DNA of 64,000 nucleotides from Camelus ferus (GCF_009834535.1 NC_045696.1:43526001-43590000); one strand, 5' to 3'; counted from the stretch's first letter, positions 50,871-64,000 are shown. The notes: a model not told the origin generated them from the letters alone. Numbers and translations are program-made.

Positions 50871-53800
50871 AAGAACACAATGAGAGGAAAGCATAAACTA
50901 GACTACAACTGTAGCAAAGCATAGGCAACTTGTAAGTTTTTCTTGATTTCTTATAAACTTTACATTGTCCTCAGATATGTTAGTAATATTATTTCTTACT
51001 ATAGATAACCTACATCCACTTCACATAATTAGGAACTGACTGTTACCAGAAAATAACTTCATTTGTTTTTAGAATTAACATTTCCAGCCATTTGTTACCA
51101 AGAAATGATAAATGCCTTTGGGAATTTAAGAGCCAAAGAAGAGACACATAGAGATTGGAAAGGACCATGAAATCTGTGGGTCCTGGGATAAGGTTGGTGT
51201 CTGTGTCCTATGTGCCTGCAGCACAGCTAAAGAGTCGGCATAAGCTCATACTCTCCTAGGGCATGAACACCTGGTGTTCCAAGAGAACAGAGTCTCTGAC
51301 CGGCTTATATTCAGCCTTGCTGTGATGTGAGGGGCCTCATTATTCACTTCTCTTGTCCTTCCAAATTTGATACCAAATGAAGAATAACAACCAGAGAAAT
51401 GAAGATTAAAATAACATTTATCCTGGTGACAGTCCTCAGTTAACCTTGTTCTCCCAGTCTCAGATGGATATAGCAACTGCAGAGCTTTTGCTGGCCCCCA
51501 GCCTACCTCTGTAGGGTCACCACTCAGAGCACTGGGGTAGTTAGCATGGTGAGGACAAGATACTCCAAAAGAAAGAAATCAGAAGAGACTGAGTAGCACA
51601 CAATCAGTACCTTCTCCAAACACTTCTTCACTAGTAGGAAATGAGTGAGATGAGGGATGGAGAGAGAAGTATTTGTCTTTGAAATTTTGAGAAGTAGAAA
51701 ATAAGTGGACCCCTCTATCTCTAGAGTTTTTCAATCAAGAGTCACAACTCCATTCCTCCCTCGCCTTCAACATACATTCAAATACATGCAAGGGCAATTT
51801 ACAGTTCTCTTTTGACTGGGGGATGCTACTGACATTTGTTTTCTGAAACAGGAAACGTTGAACACCCTTCCATAAAGAGTATGGACTGACAAAACAAAAA
51901 CTTGTGCTGACCAAAATGCTAAGTGTACCTCCACTGAGAAACACTATTGGAACCTAACTCTTAAGGGCCTTTTGAGCTTCATTAAAAATCACAGGCACTT
52001 AATTATCTTTGCAAAATATTATGCATATAATACTAAATATTTCCCTGTATTTGGTGGCAAGTTTTAACTCTCTTCTGTGAACTAGATGTGTTACTGGAGA
52101 TGTTAAAAATCTTGCAATCTATTTTCTTATAGAAGGGCTATTATTATATATTTACATTTAGGATCATTTCAGGCACATATAAGATAATTGAAAAATGTGC
52201 TTCTGAGATGTGGAAGTTTTAAACATGAACTGAATAGAACATAAAATGGAATTTAAGAAATGGAAGAGACAAACTCCCAAATTGAATATGATTATGGTAG
52301 ACTTTGTACAGTCATTTAAAATACCCAGCTCATCAGTAGGGATCAGAGGAAGTAACTTGGAATTCTCTGTTATTGGTTCTACTGCACAAATGACTAAAAT
52401 AAGGTTGTGTTGTGTTGTATATCCATTATTAAACCAATATCAAGCAGGGATAATTAACTGACTTGAAAATAGTAAGTTTTAAAATCCTCTTAAGATCTCC
52501 TCTAATGGGTACAGCTAAAATAGTTGGATAAGTTGAATTAAATATTCTTTTCTATTACTCCTATTCTGTTAAGCTTTCCAGTGTATTTGAGCACTTCCTT
52601 GTTTTTGTTTGTCTTTAAACTGATCCTTATTTTAAATGCTTCCTCAGATTGAAGAACAATTCTCTGCTCTCCACTCAAACTTTATAAACTTTCCTAATCT
52701 ATGTTTCACGGTACTATTGATATTGCCTTCATAACAAGAATTTAAGACAATTTTTAGGTGATTTGAAATTAAAATGCCTGCTAACATTTAGGATTTGGAC
52801 AGAGAATTAATACATGTCCTACTGTGGGAGTCAGGAATTATTTTGATTTTGGTAAGTAATAAAGACAGACAACTCTGAAATATCTCTAGCATATTACTTT
52901 AGGAGAGTAACACAGTCAAGAGAACACTTTTTTGGTTAATGAGAAAGTTCACTAGTCAATAAATGAAAGCTGCTTATCAAAAGCATCAACTATAAAAGAA
53001 GAAAAATAATGAAAAGTCACAATGAAAGATGTGAAAACAGGAAAATATATGAGAAGTATTTCACCTTAATTTTATTACATATCTTTAAGCTCATATTCTA
53101 AAGAATATGAAAATAGTAATAAAGTAAAATTAGGCTTACAACTATTTAATATATACATATGTATGTGTCATATCATTAAATTCATTGGGTACCAGATGGA
53201 AAATTGGTAAGTCCTAAATAATAAAGGTTTTGATAAAGTGCAGATAGGAAAAGTAATAGGAAATATAGACAGGAAATATAATGAAACTCTTATGTAGTTT
53301 CATCTATTTAAAGATTTCATTATTTACTGTTAAAAAATAAGTTACAAATTATGATGAATTAATTAGTTAAGATACATTTTACTAGCTTCAAAAACAATTC
53401 TGTGGATAAACCAAGCTCCTCATTTATATACATATTTTTAAAATATCTAAATTAGAAGTGAGGATGTCATCAAAAGTGTCCAGCAATTTAATTTTCCTAA
53501 ATGTAATATTATCAAAATATTACATGCCTCCAAAAACATATTAAGATATGTACAGTTTATGCCCACCCCCTGTTAAGACTAAATTCCTCTGCTTATCTGC
53601 TAGGGGATTTTGTCCCCTGCAGGGGTGGATAAGTACCAATTTGACTATTATGCTCTAGTGTTTATATTTGATATTGCATTAAAGCATCATATTTGAGGAA
53701 TGTGTACAACTCATTTTTATTTCTATCTCTATTCTGAGATCATCACTAGAAATGAGTATGGATATCTACACTTCGAAAATCATATTAATAGTTACTCATA

Positions 53801-54377
53801 AATTACATAGTTTTTTTACAAAAAAAGAAAAGACAAAAAGTCCCACATAAGTTTCTATGACAGGAAAATTAGAAAGAAGCAAAACTGCACCATTTTTGTA
53901 AAAATAAATCCTTTTTAGCAATTTAATCTTCTGTGATACAGCAGAAAGCCTGAGAGACTCAAGGAGCAGTAATAGCTTTGATCTACCTAGATGTTTTTGT
54001 TTTGACTTTCATAGATTGGACACCTCTGAGAGAGAAATTCCTCAGCTGAATACCATTGAAACAATTAGTAATGGCCAAAGTCTGCTGATGTGTTGGGACG
54101 ACTGGCCCATTTGGATATTCTTAAACTAGTTTCTGCCAGTTTTCTCAGTGGGAATTTGTTCATTAGGTGAGTTTTACTTATTTAAGAGATTTAGGATGTT
54201 CTTCACATAGTTAGATTTGGAAAATCTTCACAACTGCATATATCAAAAATAAACAAGGGAGTGCAGATGTATTTCTGATATCCTGCTGTCATTTCTTTTG
54301 GATATATATCCAGAAGTGGGACTGGCAGATAGTTCTATTTTATATTTTTTTCTATTTAAAAGTTTTAAGTTTTTATT

Positions 54378-54444
54378 ATTTTTATTGAAATATAGTTGAT
54401 TTATAATATTGCATCAGCTTCAGGTGTACAGCAAAGTGATTCAG

Positions 54445-54487
<43 letters not shown>

Positions 54488-54736
54488 TATATTTATATGC
54501 ATATAAATATATTTTTCAGATTCTTTTCCATTATATATTATTGTAAGATATTGAATACAGTTCCCTGTGTTATACATATAGGACCTTGTTGGTTATCTAT
54601 TTTATATACAGTGGTGTGTATATGTTAATCCCAAACTCCTAATTTATCCCTCTTCCCCCTTTTCCCTTTGGTAACTGTAAACTTGTTTTCTATGTCTGTG
54701 AGTCTATTTGTTTAATAAATAAATTCATTTGTATCA
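54378..54736 (-). mobile_element. Cetartiodactyl-type L1 3'UTR fragment containing (CA)n
   Basis: ttttattgaaatatagttgatttataat...caggtgtacagcaaagtgattcag...aagatattgaatacagttccctgtg...ttttctatgtctgtgagtctat; (AC)n at 54449-54482. Confidence 0.9.
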
Positions 54737-55756
54737 ATGTTCACAACAGCACTACTTATAATCAATCCTTTGTATTTCTGTGGTATCAGCTGTAACATCT
54801 TTTTATTTCTGATTTTATTTATATGTGTTCTCTCTTTTTTTCTTGGTATACCTAGCTAAAGGTTGTTAACTTTTTTTTTTCATCTTTTCAAACAATCAGC
54901 TCTTAGTTTCATTTATCTTTTTCTATTGTCTTTTTAGTCTCTATTTCATTTATTTCTGTACTAATCTTTGTAAGTTCCTTCCTTTTAACTGACTTTGGGC
55001 TCTGTTTATCTTCTTTTACTACTTTCTTGAGATGTAATGTTAGGTTGTTTATTTGAGACTTCTTGTTTCTTGTAATAGGTACTTATTGCTATGAACTTCC
55101 CTCTTAGAACAGCTTTTGCTTCAAGCCATAAATTTTGATTAAGTTTGATCCCATTGATAAAGCTCAACATTATTACTCTCCCTTGCCCATGTTTTATATT
55201 TTTGGTGTCACAATTTACATCTTTTAATCCAATTTACATCTTTTAATCTTGTGTATCACTTAACTAATTATTATAATCATAGTTATTTTTACTACTACTA
55301 GCTTTATAAATGATTAATCTACCACCTTGACTACATATTTACCTCAGAGATAATTATTCTTTTATATGTGTTCTTGATACTGTCAGCACCTTTTCTTATC
55401 TGCTTAACACCCCTTTAACATTTCTCTTAAGGTTGGTTCAGTCATGATGAACTTCTTTAGCTTTTGCTTGTCTGAAAAATGCTTTTCCTCTCTCACTTCT
55501 GAATGATAACTTTGTGGGGTAGAATGTTTTTGGTTAGAATGAGTTTTTTGTTTTGTTTTTACTTTTATTTAGCAATTGACTATATTTGTGCCACTCCCTT
55601 TTGGTTTACAAAGTTTTTGCTGAAAAATCTTCTGGAGGTTCCCTTGTACAAAATAAATCTTTTTTCTCTTACTGCTTTTAATATTATCTCCTTGTCTTTA
55701 ACTTTTGATATTTTAATTACAATCTGTCTTGGTGTGGGTTTTATTGGGTTACTGTT

Positions 55757-56122
55757 TTGTTTTGTTTTTTTTCATTAAAAGACTTTACTTTTTAGAGCAG
55801 TTTCAGGTTCATAGCAGAATTGAGCAGAAAATACAGAGAGTTCACACATAGCCCTCCCTACCCACATATATATACTCCCCTACCCTCAACACCCCTCATC
55901 AGTGTGGCATATTTGGTACAATCGATGAACCAACATGGACACATTATTATCAACCAAAGTCCATAGTTAACATTAGGGTTTACATTTGATGCTGTAAATT
56001 CTATGGATTTTGACAAATGCATAATGACATGTAGCCACCACTACAGTATCATACAGACAATTTAATTGCCCTAAAAATTTCTGGTGCTGCCTCCCTCCCT
56101 CTCCCCAAACCCTTGGAAATCA
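55757..56122 (-). mobile_element. L1MC1/L1MB-like 3'-end fragment with 12-bp TSD
   Basis: agactttactttttagagcagtttcaggttcatagcagaattgagcagaa...; TSD tgggttactgtt at 55745-55756 and 56123-56134. Confidence 0.88.
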
Positions 56123-58199
56123 TGGGTTACTGTTATTTGGAATTCTCTGGGATTCCTGAATCCGGGTGTCTTTCCAAGTTTGGAAAGTATTCAGCCATTA
56201 TTTCTTTAAATAAGACTTCTGTCCCTTTCTCTTCTCTTTTTCTGGGAGCCCTATGATGCAAATGATAGTCTGTTAGATCAATGACATAAATCACTTTTTA
56301 ACTCTTTTTTTTCCTTTTTGTTGCTCTGATTGAGTTTCACTGCCTTGTCTTTGAATTGACCAAATTATTTTTTTCTGTTTCTTCAAGTCTTTTGTCGAAC
56401 TCCTCTAGTGAAGTTTTTCAGTTCAATTATCATATTCTTCAGTTCTATGACTTCTATTTGGAACTTTTTTATATTTTCCATTCCCTGTGAAGTTCTCACT
56501 GTGTTCATCCATTCTTCTCCCTAGTTTTGTGAGCGTTTTTATGACAACTACGTTGAACTTTGTCCTTGAGAGTGTTCCCGGAGGCTCTTAGATGTGTGTG
56601 TTAAATTAGCTGACTGCCCCTCAGCCTGACACTTTAATATAAGCAAGTGAGCTTATTTCAGTTTAAGCATTGGTGGAATTAGCTACCTCTGAGCTGGGCC
56701 CTGGGGCAGGTGAGTCTGACCCACAAGACTATAGTGATCTGAGAAACCACTAGAATAAAATAAGACATTTCTCATTTTTTGTCTCTCCTAATAGACTGCT
56801 CTTCAGCACCGTGGCTCCATAAAGTCTTGTGGGTCATAGAACACCAGCCCCATTTATTTTCAAAGTGAGATGTTTTCAGGGCTTGCCTTTCAAGTATATG
56901 CCTTTAAAGCTGGGATACTCAGTGTGGGGTTAGAACATTTTACTCCTCAGGGAGAAGCTCCAGGTTTTGGGTTTCCTCCCACTGTCAGTCACCATGCTGG
57001 GCGTGGGGTTTATAGAAAGACTGAATCCCAGCTTCTTCCACCCACTTCTTTTTTCTTCTCCTTTGCCAGATGTGTAGTCATCACTCAGTCATCCTTTAGA
57101 TTTTTTTAAGGGGAAGTTGTTCCATATGTGGCTGTGGACTCAGTGTGTCTGTGGGACGAGGTGAGCGCAGGATCTTCCTACATTGCCATCGTGAACTAGA
57201 ACTTTCCTTACCACCTTTGATAAGGCTCAGATCCCAAGAGAATAACTGAAAACCCTTTTGGGGATGTCAGTGATTATGCACATGTTTACACTAAAATTTC
57301 TGTTCAAGAACTACATGCTATTTAGAAAGGTTCTTATGTTTAACATGTGCACATCCTTAATTATATCACATCTTAAGTTGTTGCTTTGTCATAGGACTTG
57401 ACAGAAGTTTGCTAGGTTAGATAAGAGAATCTGCTGGTACTGGACTATTCGAAGACCATTTGCTGTTTACTAGTGGTCCCCACTTGAAAGTATAGAAAAA
57501 GTTATATTATTTGACATATTGTTAAACAGGCTGCAGAGCAGTGTAGGTGTTGTGAAACTTGAGTGGTGAGTTAGATGATGCGTGAGTTACAAGTCATGGC
57601 AATTACTAGTCATGTTGGCAATTAAATCAAAAATAAAATGTTGGTCTTTCCCTATAGATAGTTTGAGAAGCACTATCTTTGATGATAGCAGCTTGGTTTA
57701 GGAATGCCACATGCTAGTCTAAATATTTTAAGTCTATTTCCAAACAGAAAATTAGTAGAAAGAGTAAACAATGTGATATGAAAAGTTGGGGGGTGGTAAG
57801 CCGAATCTAAATATGATTTCTAAAATACAGATAGAAATGGTTTGCCTTAAGAGGTATTTTTGAAGAGTTGTCAAATTTTTAATGTGTTATAAATAATGTA
57901 ACAATTATTAGTGAATATTTGTTGAATATCTTTACGGCTCATTCAAAATAGAGTGCAGTCCTTTTTTTCTTTTTTGTTTATATATGGAACTTACTAAAGA
58001 CAAGAAGTAGATGGGACACAAATACCATTTTTTATGGATGACCTGAAGCTAAGCATGTTATTTATTTTATACACTCCTTGTCTCAATTGATCACTGTGCT
58101 AAAATCTTTCATACCATTCAATTTCAGTCTTGAGTTTATGGAAAAGATATACTCATTGCAGAGATATGATAATGTCATCAGATATGTGTGGTATTTTAA

Positions 58200-58330
58200 T
58201 AATAACAAAGAACTTTTACCTATGTTATTCCATATGATCCTCACAAAAATCCTGCAATACTGGGAAGTGCTTTTTTCCATTTTATAGAGGAAGAAATAAG
58301 GACTAGGTGACTGGTGGGACTGAGGCACAA
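58200..58330 (-). mobile_element. MIR fragment
   Basis: gatcctcacaaaaatcctgcaa...tccattttatagaggaagaaataagg. Confidence 0.6.
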
Positions 58331-58339
58331 AAGGAAATG

Positions 58340-60485
58340 GTTGAATAAATCAGCCAATAAGTTGACATATATGCATCACCCCATCAGACAAACAGCAGAA
58401 TACATATGTTTTTTAAGCCCTCATGGAACAGTCAGCAAGATTCAGACTATCCAGGGTCATAAGATAAACCTCAAGAAATTTAAAAGAACTGAAATCATGC
58501 AGAGTATATTCTATGAAAATAATTGAATAATTAAGATATGATTAAGCATTTCTGTTTTAATAACAGAAAGCCTATAAAAATCTTCAAAAGCTTGGAAATT
58601 AAATAAATACACTTTTTAAAAAAATCTACAGATCAAAAGTCTCATAATTTATAATAAATTATGAAATATATGGATCTGAATGGAATGAAAATATAATTTA
58701 CTAAAATGTACAAGATCCAGCTAAATTAGTACAGAGAGGAAGTTGTACAATAGTAAACATTTACTCTTTAAAAGAGACAAAGTCTCATTTTGATCATCTC
58801 ATTTTTGATCATCTAAGTTACTACCTTAGAAAACTAGAAGAGAAAATAAACCTAAACCACAGAAACAAAAAAATTATAAAAGAGCAGAAATCAATTCCAT
58901 TATATATCATTCCATTTATATTAACATTCTTGAAATGACTGAAAGCAATTGAGAAAAATCAATAAGGCAAAATGCTGATTCTTCCAAAATATCAATAAAA
59001 TTGGTAAATCAAGAATGATAAAGACAGAGAAGATACAAACCAATATTAGGAATGAAAACAGAGGGTAGTGCCATAGATTTTTAAGCAATAAAAATTATAA
59101 GGTAATAGTACAAGTAATTCTATGCTTGCTCATATATATGACAACTTAAAAGAAAAGGACCAAGTCCTCAAAAACCACAAACTACCAAAACTCAACCAAG
59201 ATGAAATAGACAACCTGAAGAGTTTTATAATCACTAGAGACATCTGGTTTGTAATTAAAATCTGAAAAACAAATATCCAAGTCCACATAATTTCACTAAA
59301 TAATTCTGCCCAATATTTAAAGAAAAATTAAAACCAATTTTATGCAATCTCTTCTGAAAAATACAAGAGAGGGAATACTTCTCAACTCATTTTATGAGAC
59401 TAGTTTGATACCAAAGCCAAGCAAGGACAGTAACAAAAAAAGAAAAATTACTATCTCATGAACTAAGGCAAAAAAATTGTCAACAAAACATAGCTAATCA
59501 AATCAAGGAAAGAATAAAAAGAATCATACAACATTACTAATTGGGATTTATTCTATGTATGCAAGAATGGTTCAGAATATGCAAAACCACTTAATGTAAC
59601 CTAGCATAACAAGCTAAGACGAAAAGTCATGTTTTCCTATGAATTGATGAAGAAAGGGCATTTTAAATTCAACACACATTCAATATAGAGTATATCAATA
59701 AATTAGAAATAGAGGGAAACGTCATTAATTTGATAAAAAGGATTTACAAAAATCCTACAACTAACACACTTAATGGGGAAAGACTGAGTGCTTTCCATCT
59801 AAAATTGAAATCTAAATGTCCACTCTCATCCTTCCTATTCCACATAATACTGGGAGTTCTAGCCACATCAATAGGCAAAAAAATAAACAAATAAGTAAAA
59901 TACATACAGCTTACAATAAATAAATTCTGTTTCCAGGTGACATGGTTGTCTATTAAAAAAAATCCCAAGAAATCTACAAAATAATTCTTAGAAATAATGA
60001 GTGAAGTAAACAAAGTAATAGTTTAAGTGTTACGCTGAATGGAAACTGTAATCTCAAAATATTATACCCTGTAAGATTCCATTTAAATAACATTCTTGAA
60101 ATGACAAAATTATAGATACAGAGAAGAGATAGTAGTTGTCCAGGGCTTTATTCAGTAGAGAGGAGGAAGATGGCAGTGCCTATAAGTGCAGCAAGAAGGA
60201 TCCTTGTAATAGAACTTTTCTGCATTTTATTGTGATGGTGATCACACAGGTCTACAAATGTGATAAAATTATGCAGAAGCAAATATAAACATGGGCAGAC
60301 ACACATACATATGCACATGAATGCATATAAAAATAGTTTAGTCTTAGTAAGACTGCTAGAGTATAGCAATGTCAATTCCCTAGTAAGATGTTACAGTTGG
60401 AGGATAGTTATATCTGGTTACTTTGTATTACTTCTTACAAGTGCATGTGAATCTAAAATTACATGAAAATTTAAAGTCGAAATAT
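58340..60485 (+). mobile_element. Old L1MC-like element: ORF2 EN end to RT, plus 3'UTR
   Basis: ORF 58314 (HHPIRQTAEYICFLSPHGTVSKI...GHKINLKKFKRTEIMQSIF) is L1 endonuclease C-terminal. RT motifs caactcattttatgagactag...gataccaaagcca. 3' end gcatgtgaatctaaaattac. Confidence 0.88.
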
Positions 60486-60973
60486 AAAAGAAAAGATTTT
60501 GTCAACTTTTGCAGGTTTGCCGAGGGATGAAGGAAGAAATAAAATCCACATTTAAAATCTTCTTCGCTAAGACTTGTCCCTTCACGATGGCAAGGGATTA
60601 AGATAAATGATGATATAAAATTAAAAACAATTATTACTATTATTACTAGTTATTTGCCTGAATCACTGTTATTTTTATGGATTCCTATAAATAACTGAAA
60701 AGAAAGAAATAATATTAGAAAAGTGCAACAGTTAAGGAAACAAAAGCATAGTAGAAGCCATAGGAGAAAGGTGAACTAGTTAGGACCCTTCCCTGTGCAT
60801 AAATATCTTAGAATAAGGAAGTATGACACCGAATGTCATGTGCAGAATTACTGTACTGCTGATACACTTGTATTCTTTCTTTTCTGGATGAAATAGAAAT
60901 ATAGATGTTTTTAACTACTAAGAATTATCTTTAATTTGAAAATGGGAAGAGAGAAAATTGTACAGTATCTCAG

Positions 60974-61447
60974 TGCATTCATTTTCTATTGCTTCTGTAA
61001 CTAATTACCACAAACAGTGGCTTCAACACACAAATTTATTATCTTACACTTATGGTGACCAGCAATGGATCCTACTTGCTAAAGTCAAGATATTAGCTGG
61101 GCTGTGTTGCTTCTAGAGGCTCTAGGGAAGATTCCATTCCTTGGCTTTTCTAGCCTCTACAGATTGTCTGCATTTCTGGACTCATGGCCCCTTCCAGAAA
61201 CAGCATCACTCTGATCTCTGCTGCTGTCTTTACACCTCCTTCTTTGACTCCGACCCTCCTGACCCACTTTTATGAATATTTTTGTGATTACACTGGGCCC
61301 ATCTGTATTATTCAGGTAGCCTTCCCATCTCAAGATTCACTATTTAATCAGATCTGTAAAGACTCTTGCCATTTACAGTAACATATTCACAGGTTTCTGG
61401 GATTAGGATGTATACATCTTTGAGGGGTAACTGTCCTGTCTACCAAA
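60974..61447 (-). mobile_element. MaLR solo LTR, MLT1C/D-like
   Basis: ttctattgcttctgtaactaattaccacaaac...ttctagaggctctaggg...gtgattacactgggccca...aacatattcacaggtttctgggattaggatgt...ctgtctacca. Confidence 0.88.
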
Positions 61448-63760
61448 TGGGTAAACTGATACTCAATATAATCTCACATTTCAAAATATAAATTCAAGGC
61501 TGGGTCATCACTGAGTCAACACTAAGAAATATTTCATAACTTAAAGGTACATCTACATAATTGTCCCGAATTTGGTATTATGACCCATTCCATGTGGGAG
61601 TCTCCATTATAAGGCATATGAATTTGAAATGACAGGCAATTTTTTCTTTAAGTTAAATAAAAGTTAAGGGGTATGATTAAATTGTATCATTATAAGTGGC
61701 TATGTTGACAAGAACTCAGAATATGTGGATAATCAGCAGGAATTTTCATAATGTGAACTATTTTCCATTAATTTTTATATTTTGAGAAAATAAAGTGCAA
61801 GACTGTGCATAATCTAGCATAAATAAACATATATGGACTAATATCCTTGCATAATAGTTTACACAGGATAATTTCTCATTTTGAATGCAACACTGCATTA
61901 CATGTTTAATAACTGAATAATAAAATATTTTCAACCTGAGTGATGAATGTTGTATCTGAGGTCATTAAAATTCAAACTTTTATGAACTGATTCATAATTC
62001 TAATGGTAATTACTGAATTTTACCCTCTCCCTGCTTCAAATGAAAAGAAACCATGGATATTCTTCAATGACAAATTGTTCCACCATATCCTTATACATCA
62101 AATTTCTGGAAACAACTATGATTGTTAATTCTCTTCTGATCATACAGATAAAAATTAATGATTTATAGAATACTGGATTTGCTTCTTCATTTCATTAATA
62201 ATTAATAATGGGAACCAAAAAAGCAAAAAAAAAAAATGTCCCTGATGTGCCAACTGCAGTGGTTTTTGAGATATTTGCATAATGAAAGGACTGTTATGTA
62301 TGTGAACTGTATCTGCTTGTAAGGCTTAGGCACTGCAAGCCATTTGCCATTTCACTCTAGCTCTTTAACCCCTCTTCTCAAGGATTGCAAATTATGTGGT
62401 TAATGAGGCTCATACTGTTATGAGCTTCTGTTTGTGATTCTATTTGAAGTCAGAGGATTTCCCTGAGGAAGCTGAGTTGTGATCCACATGTCCAAAAAAA
62501 AAAAAAAAAAAAAACGCATTTTGATAGTTCGATCATGTACTGAGTATTTTTATTAGATTAGCAGTAGTAAAGAATTTGGTCCTATTTTAGTGTTTTGAGC
62601 CACATGGAATCAAATTCATTTACAATTTTATTTAAGATGATAGGCATTTGCATAGGAAAGTACTGAATGTAAATTAAGAACCTAAAATGATTTATAGGCA
62701 TTTAGATTTAATGATAATCAGAGAAACACTCAAATTATTCCTTTTGGCCTGACTTTTCTTTCCCATTTATGTCTTACACGACAGTAATAAAATTAGTTGT
62801 GAAATATTTTATGCTGAGGTTCTAGTCCTTTTGCAACTAAATAAACTTAAGGGATCTCTAACAAAAGAAATTAACTTCATCATTGGGCCACAGAATTGAA
62901 ATGTATCTTATTTCCTCAGGTCAGTCCATAATATTTAGGGTTTCATCATTTTGTATTTTCTGGAAAATTGAGAATTAAAGGGTTATTAATACAATTGGTA
63001 CAAGATAATGGTTGTAGCTTTGTATTTTAGATTGTTTCTAAAAATAAATAAATCATCTTACATCCATAAATATTTTAAAGGGATGACTCCATAAACTGCA
63101 CACACATAAAAAGCACTAGCTTGCTAGACTGAATGAGGAAATAGCATAGAGTGAAGCAAGCTCACTGTGAGTTAAAACAATTCACAATCTAGGACACTTA
63201 CAAACATTTGCAGCAAGGATGTTCCACTTGCTGGCAAGTATGCAGCTCTCTGCAAAAGGCTACAGCACTTAGTGTGTCCACAGCTGACTTGCTACACTTT
63301 AGCATTTACTTTTGGGGGACATTTTAGTCTTTGTGAGTATTTCTAATGATTGACCGAACTGATTCTTTATGGAGAGAAGATTCAGCACTACTCAAAAAGA
63401 AAGTAAACTGTGACTCTTCTTCATACTCCTTTTAATAAACTACAGCCTGCAGCAAGGTGGTTATCATCCACTTCATTCTGGGACATTAGCTTTGGGATAT
63501 TGACAAAGTGGAAAAAAATAAAGTGTAGTAAATTCAGTATAACTGAGAATGTAGTAAAGGATTTTTTAAACAAAAATGATACTTTTTTGGAGGAGTGGAT
63601 GTCATCATTTTATAATGTTGTATACTCACAACATTGGCAGCTTCTGTTTCAGAGTATTGATGACATCATAACATAAATCTAATAAAAGAGGGAAGAATTT
63701 TTCTTGTAGTCTCATTACTAAAGACTGAAATGAACTTTCTCTCTAACACCAGATGTTGGC

Positions 63761-63876
63761 TTTCCTTCCTTCATTCCTATCCTTCCCTCCTTCCTTTTCT
63801 CCCCTCCTCTTTCTCCTCTTCCCTTTTGCCTTACTTTTCTTCTTCTTTTTTATTGAGACTTTCTCTTCCTTCTCAG
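63761..63876 (+). repeat. Polypyrimidine (CT-rich) low-complexity tract
   Basis: About 115 nt that are almost entirely C/T. Confidence 0.85.
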
Positions 63877-64000
63877 TATTACCAGTATGTTTACTCCTAA
63901 ATAAATTGTCCTAATTGAAACATTGCAACTACTGTCATGAATTTGATAAGCATAGGTAGGAGCATGAGCAAATGTGCTGTGTTCATTATCTAAAATTTTG

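Larger units (their letters stand above)
54258..57200 (-). mobile_element. Internally deleted L1M (L1MA9/L1M3-like) with 5' end, carrying two nested L1 3' fragments
   Basis: 5' end revcomp gatggcaatgtaggaagatcctgcgctcacctc near 57160-57190. ORF1-like sequence 55400-56560, ORF2-like 54763-55130, ORF2 C-terminal piece 54258-54340. Confidence 0.82.

Noticed and set aside
62273..62653. Octamer motifs ATTTGCAT
   Set aside because: Several copies are scattered through the window, as expected in AT-rich DNA, and no proper adjacent SOX site is present.
63410..63676. 88-aa ORF with protein-like composition
   Set aside because: It starts at GTG, has no recognisable family motif, and its length is within chance expectation.
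1..64000. CRISPR array, operon, prophage or defence system
   Set aside because: The sequence is mammalian repeat-rich non-coding DNA with no repeat-spacer periodicity and no gene-dense ORF structure.

Overview
This is AT-rich, CpG-depleted mammalian genomic DNA, not prokaryotic. A tRNA-derived SINE of the camelid Vic-1 type and camelid/cetartiodactyl-style L1 3' ends point to a camelid (alpaca, llama or camel). The window looks intergenic or deep-intronic. It is dominated by decayed interspersed repeats: L1 of several ages, L2, MIR, MaLR/ERVL LTRs (MLT1, MLT2), and the DNA transposons MER82, MER5 and MER53, plus microsatellites. I cannot support any intact protein-coding gene, RNA gene or novel multi-gene system; the only ORFs with recognisable homology are L1 ORF1/ORF2 remnants. 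The points most worth following up are an L1 endonuclease site apparently hit twice, a nested L1 with an inverted stub at a large deletion, an old ~120-bp local duplication, a palindromic MER53 with a miR-1302-like arm, and several splice-site-bounded candidate (micro)exons, some in a repeat-poor, CpG-retaining block at about 11.5-12.8 kb. Repeat family names come from my recall of consensus sequences, not from a search. Repeat boundaries are approximate unless target-site duplications (TSDs) are given.
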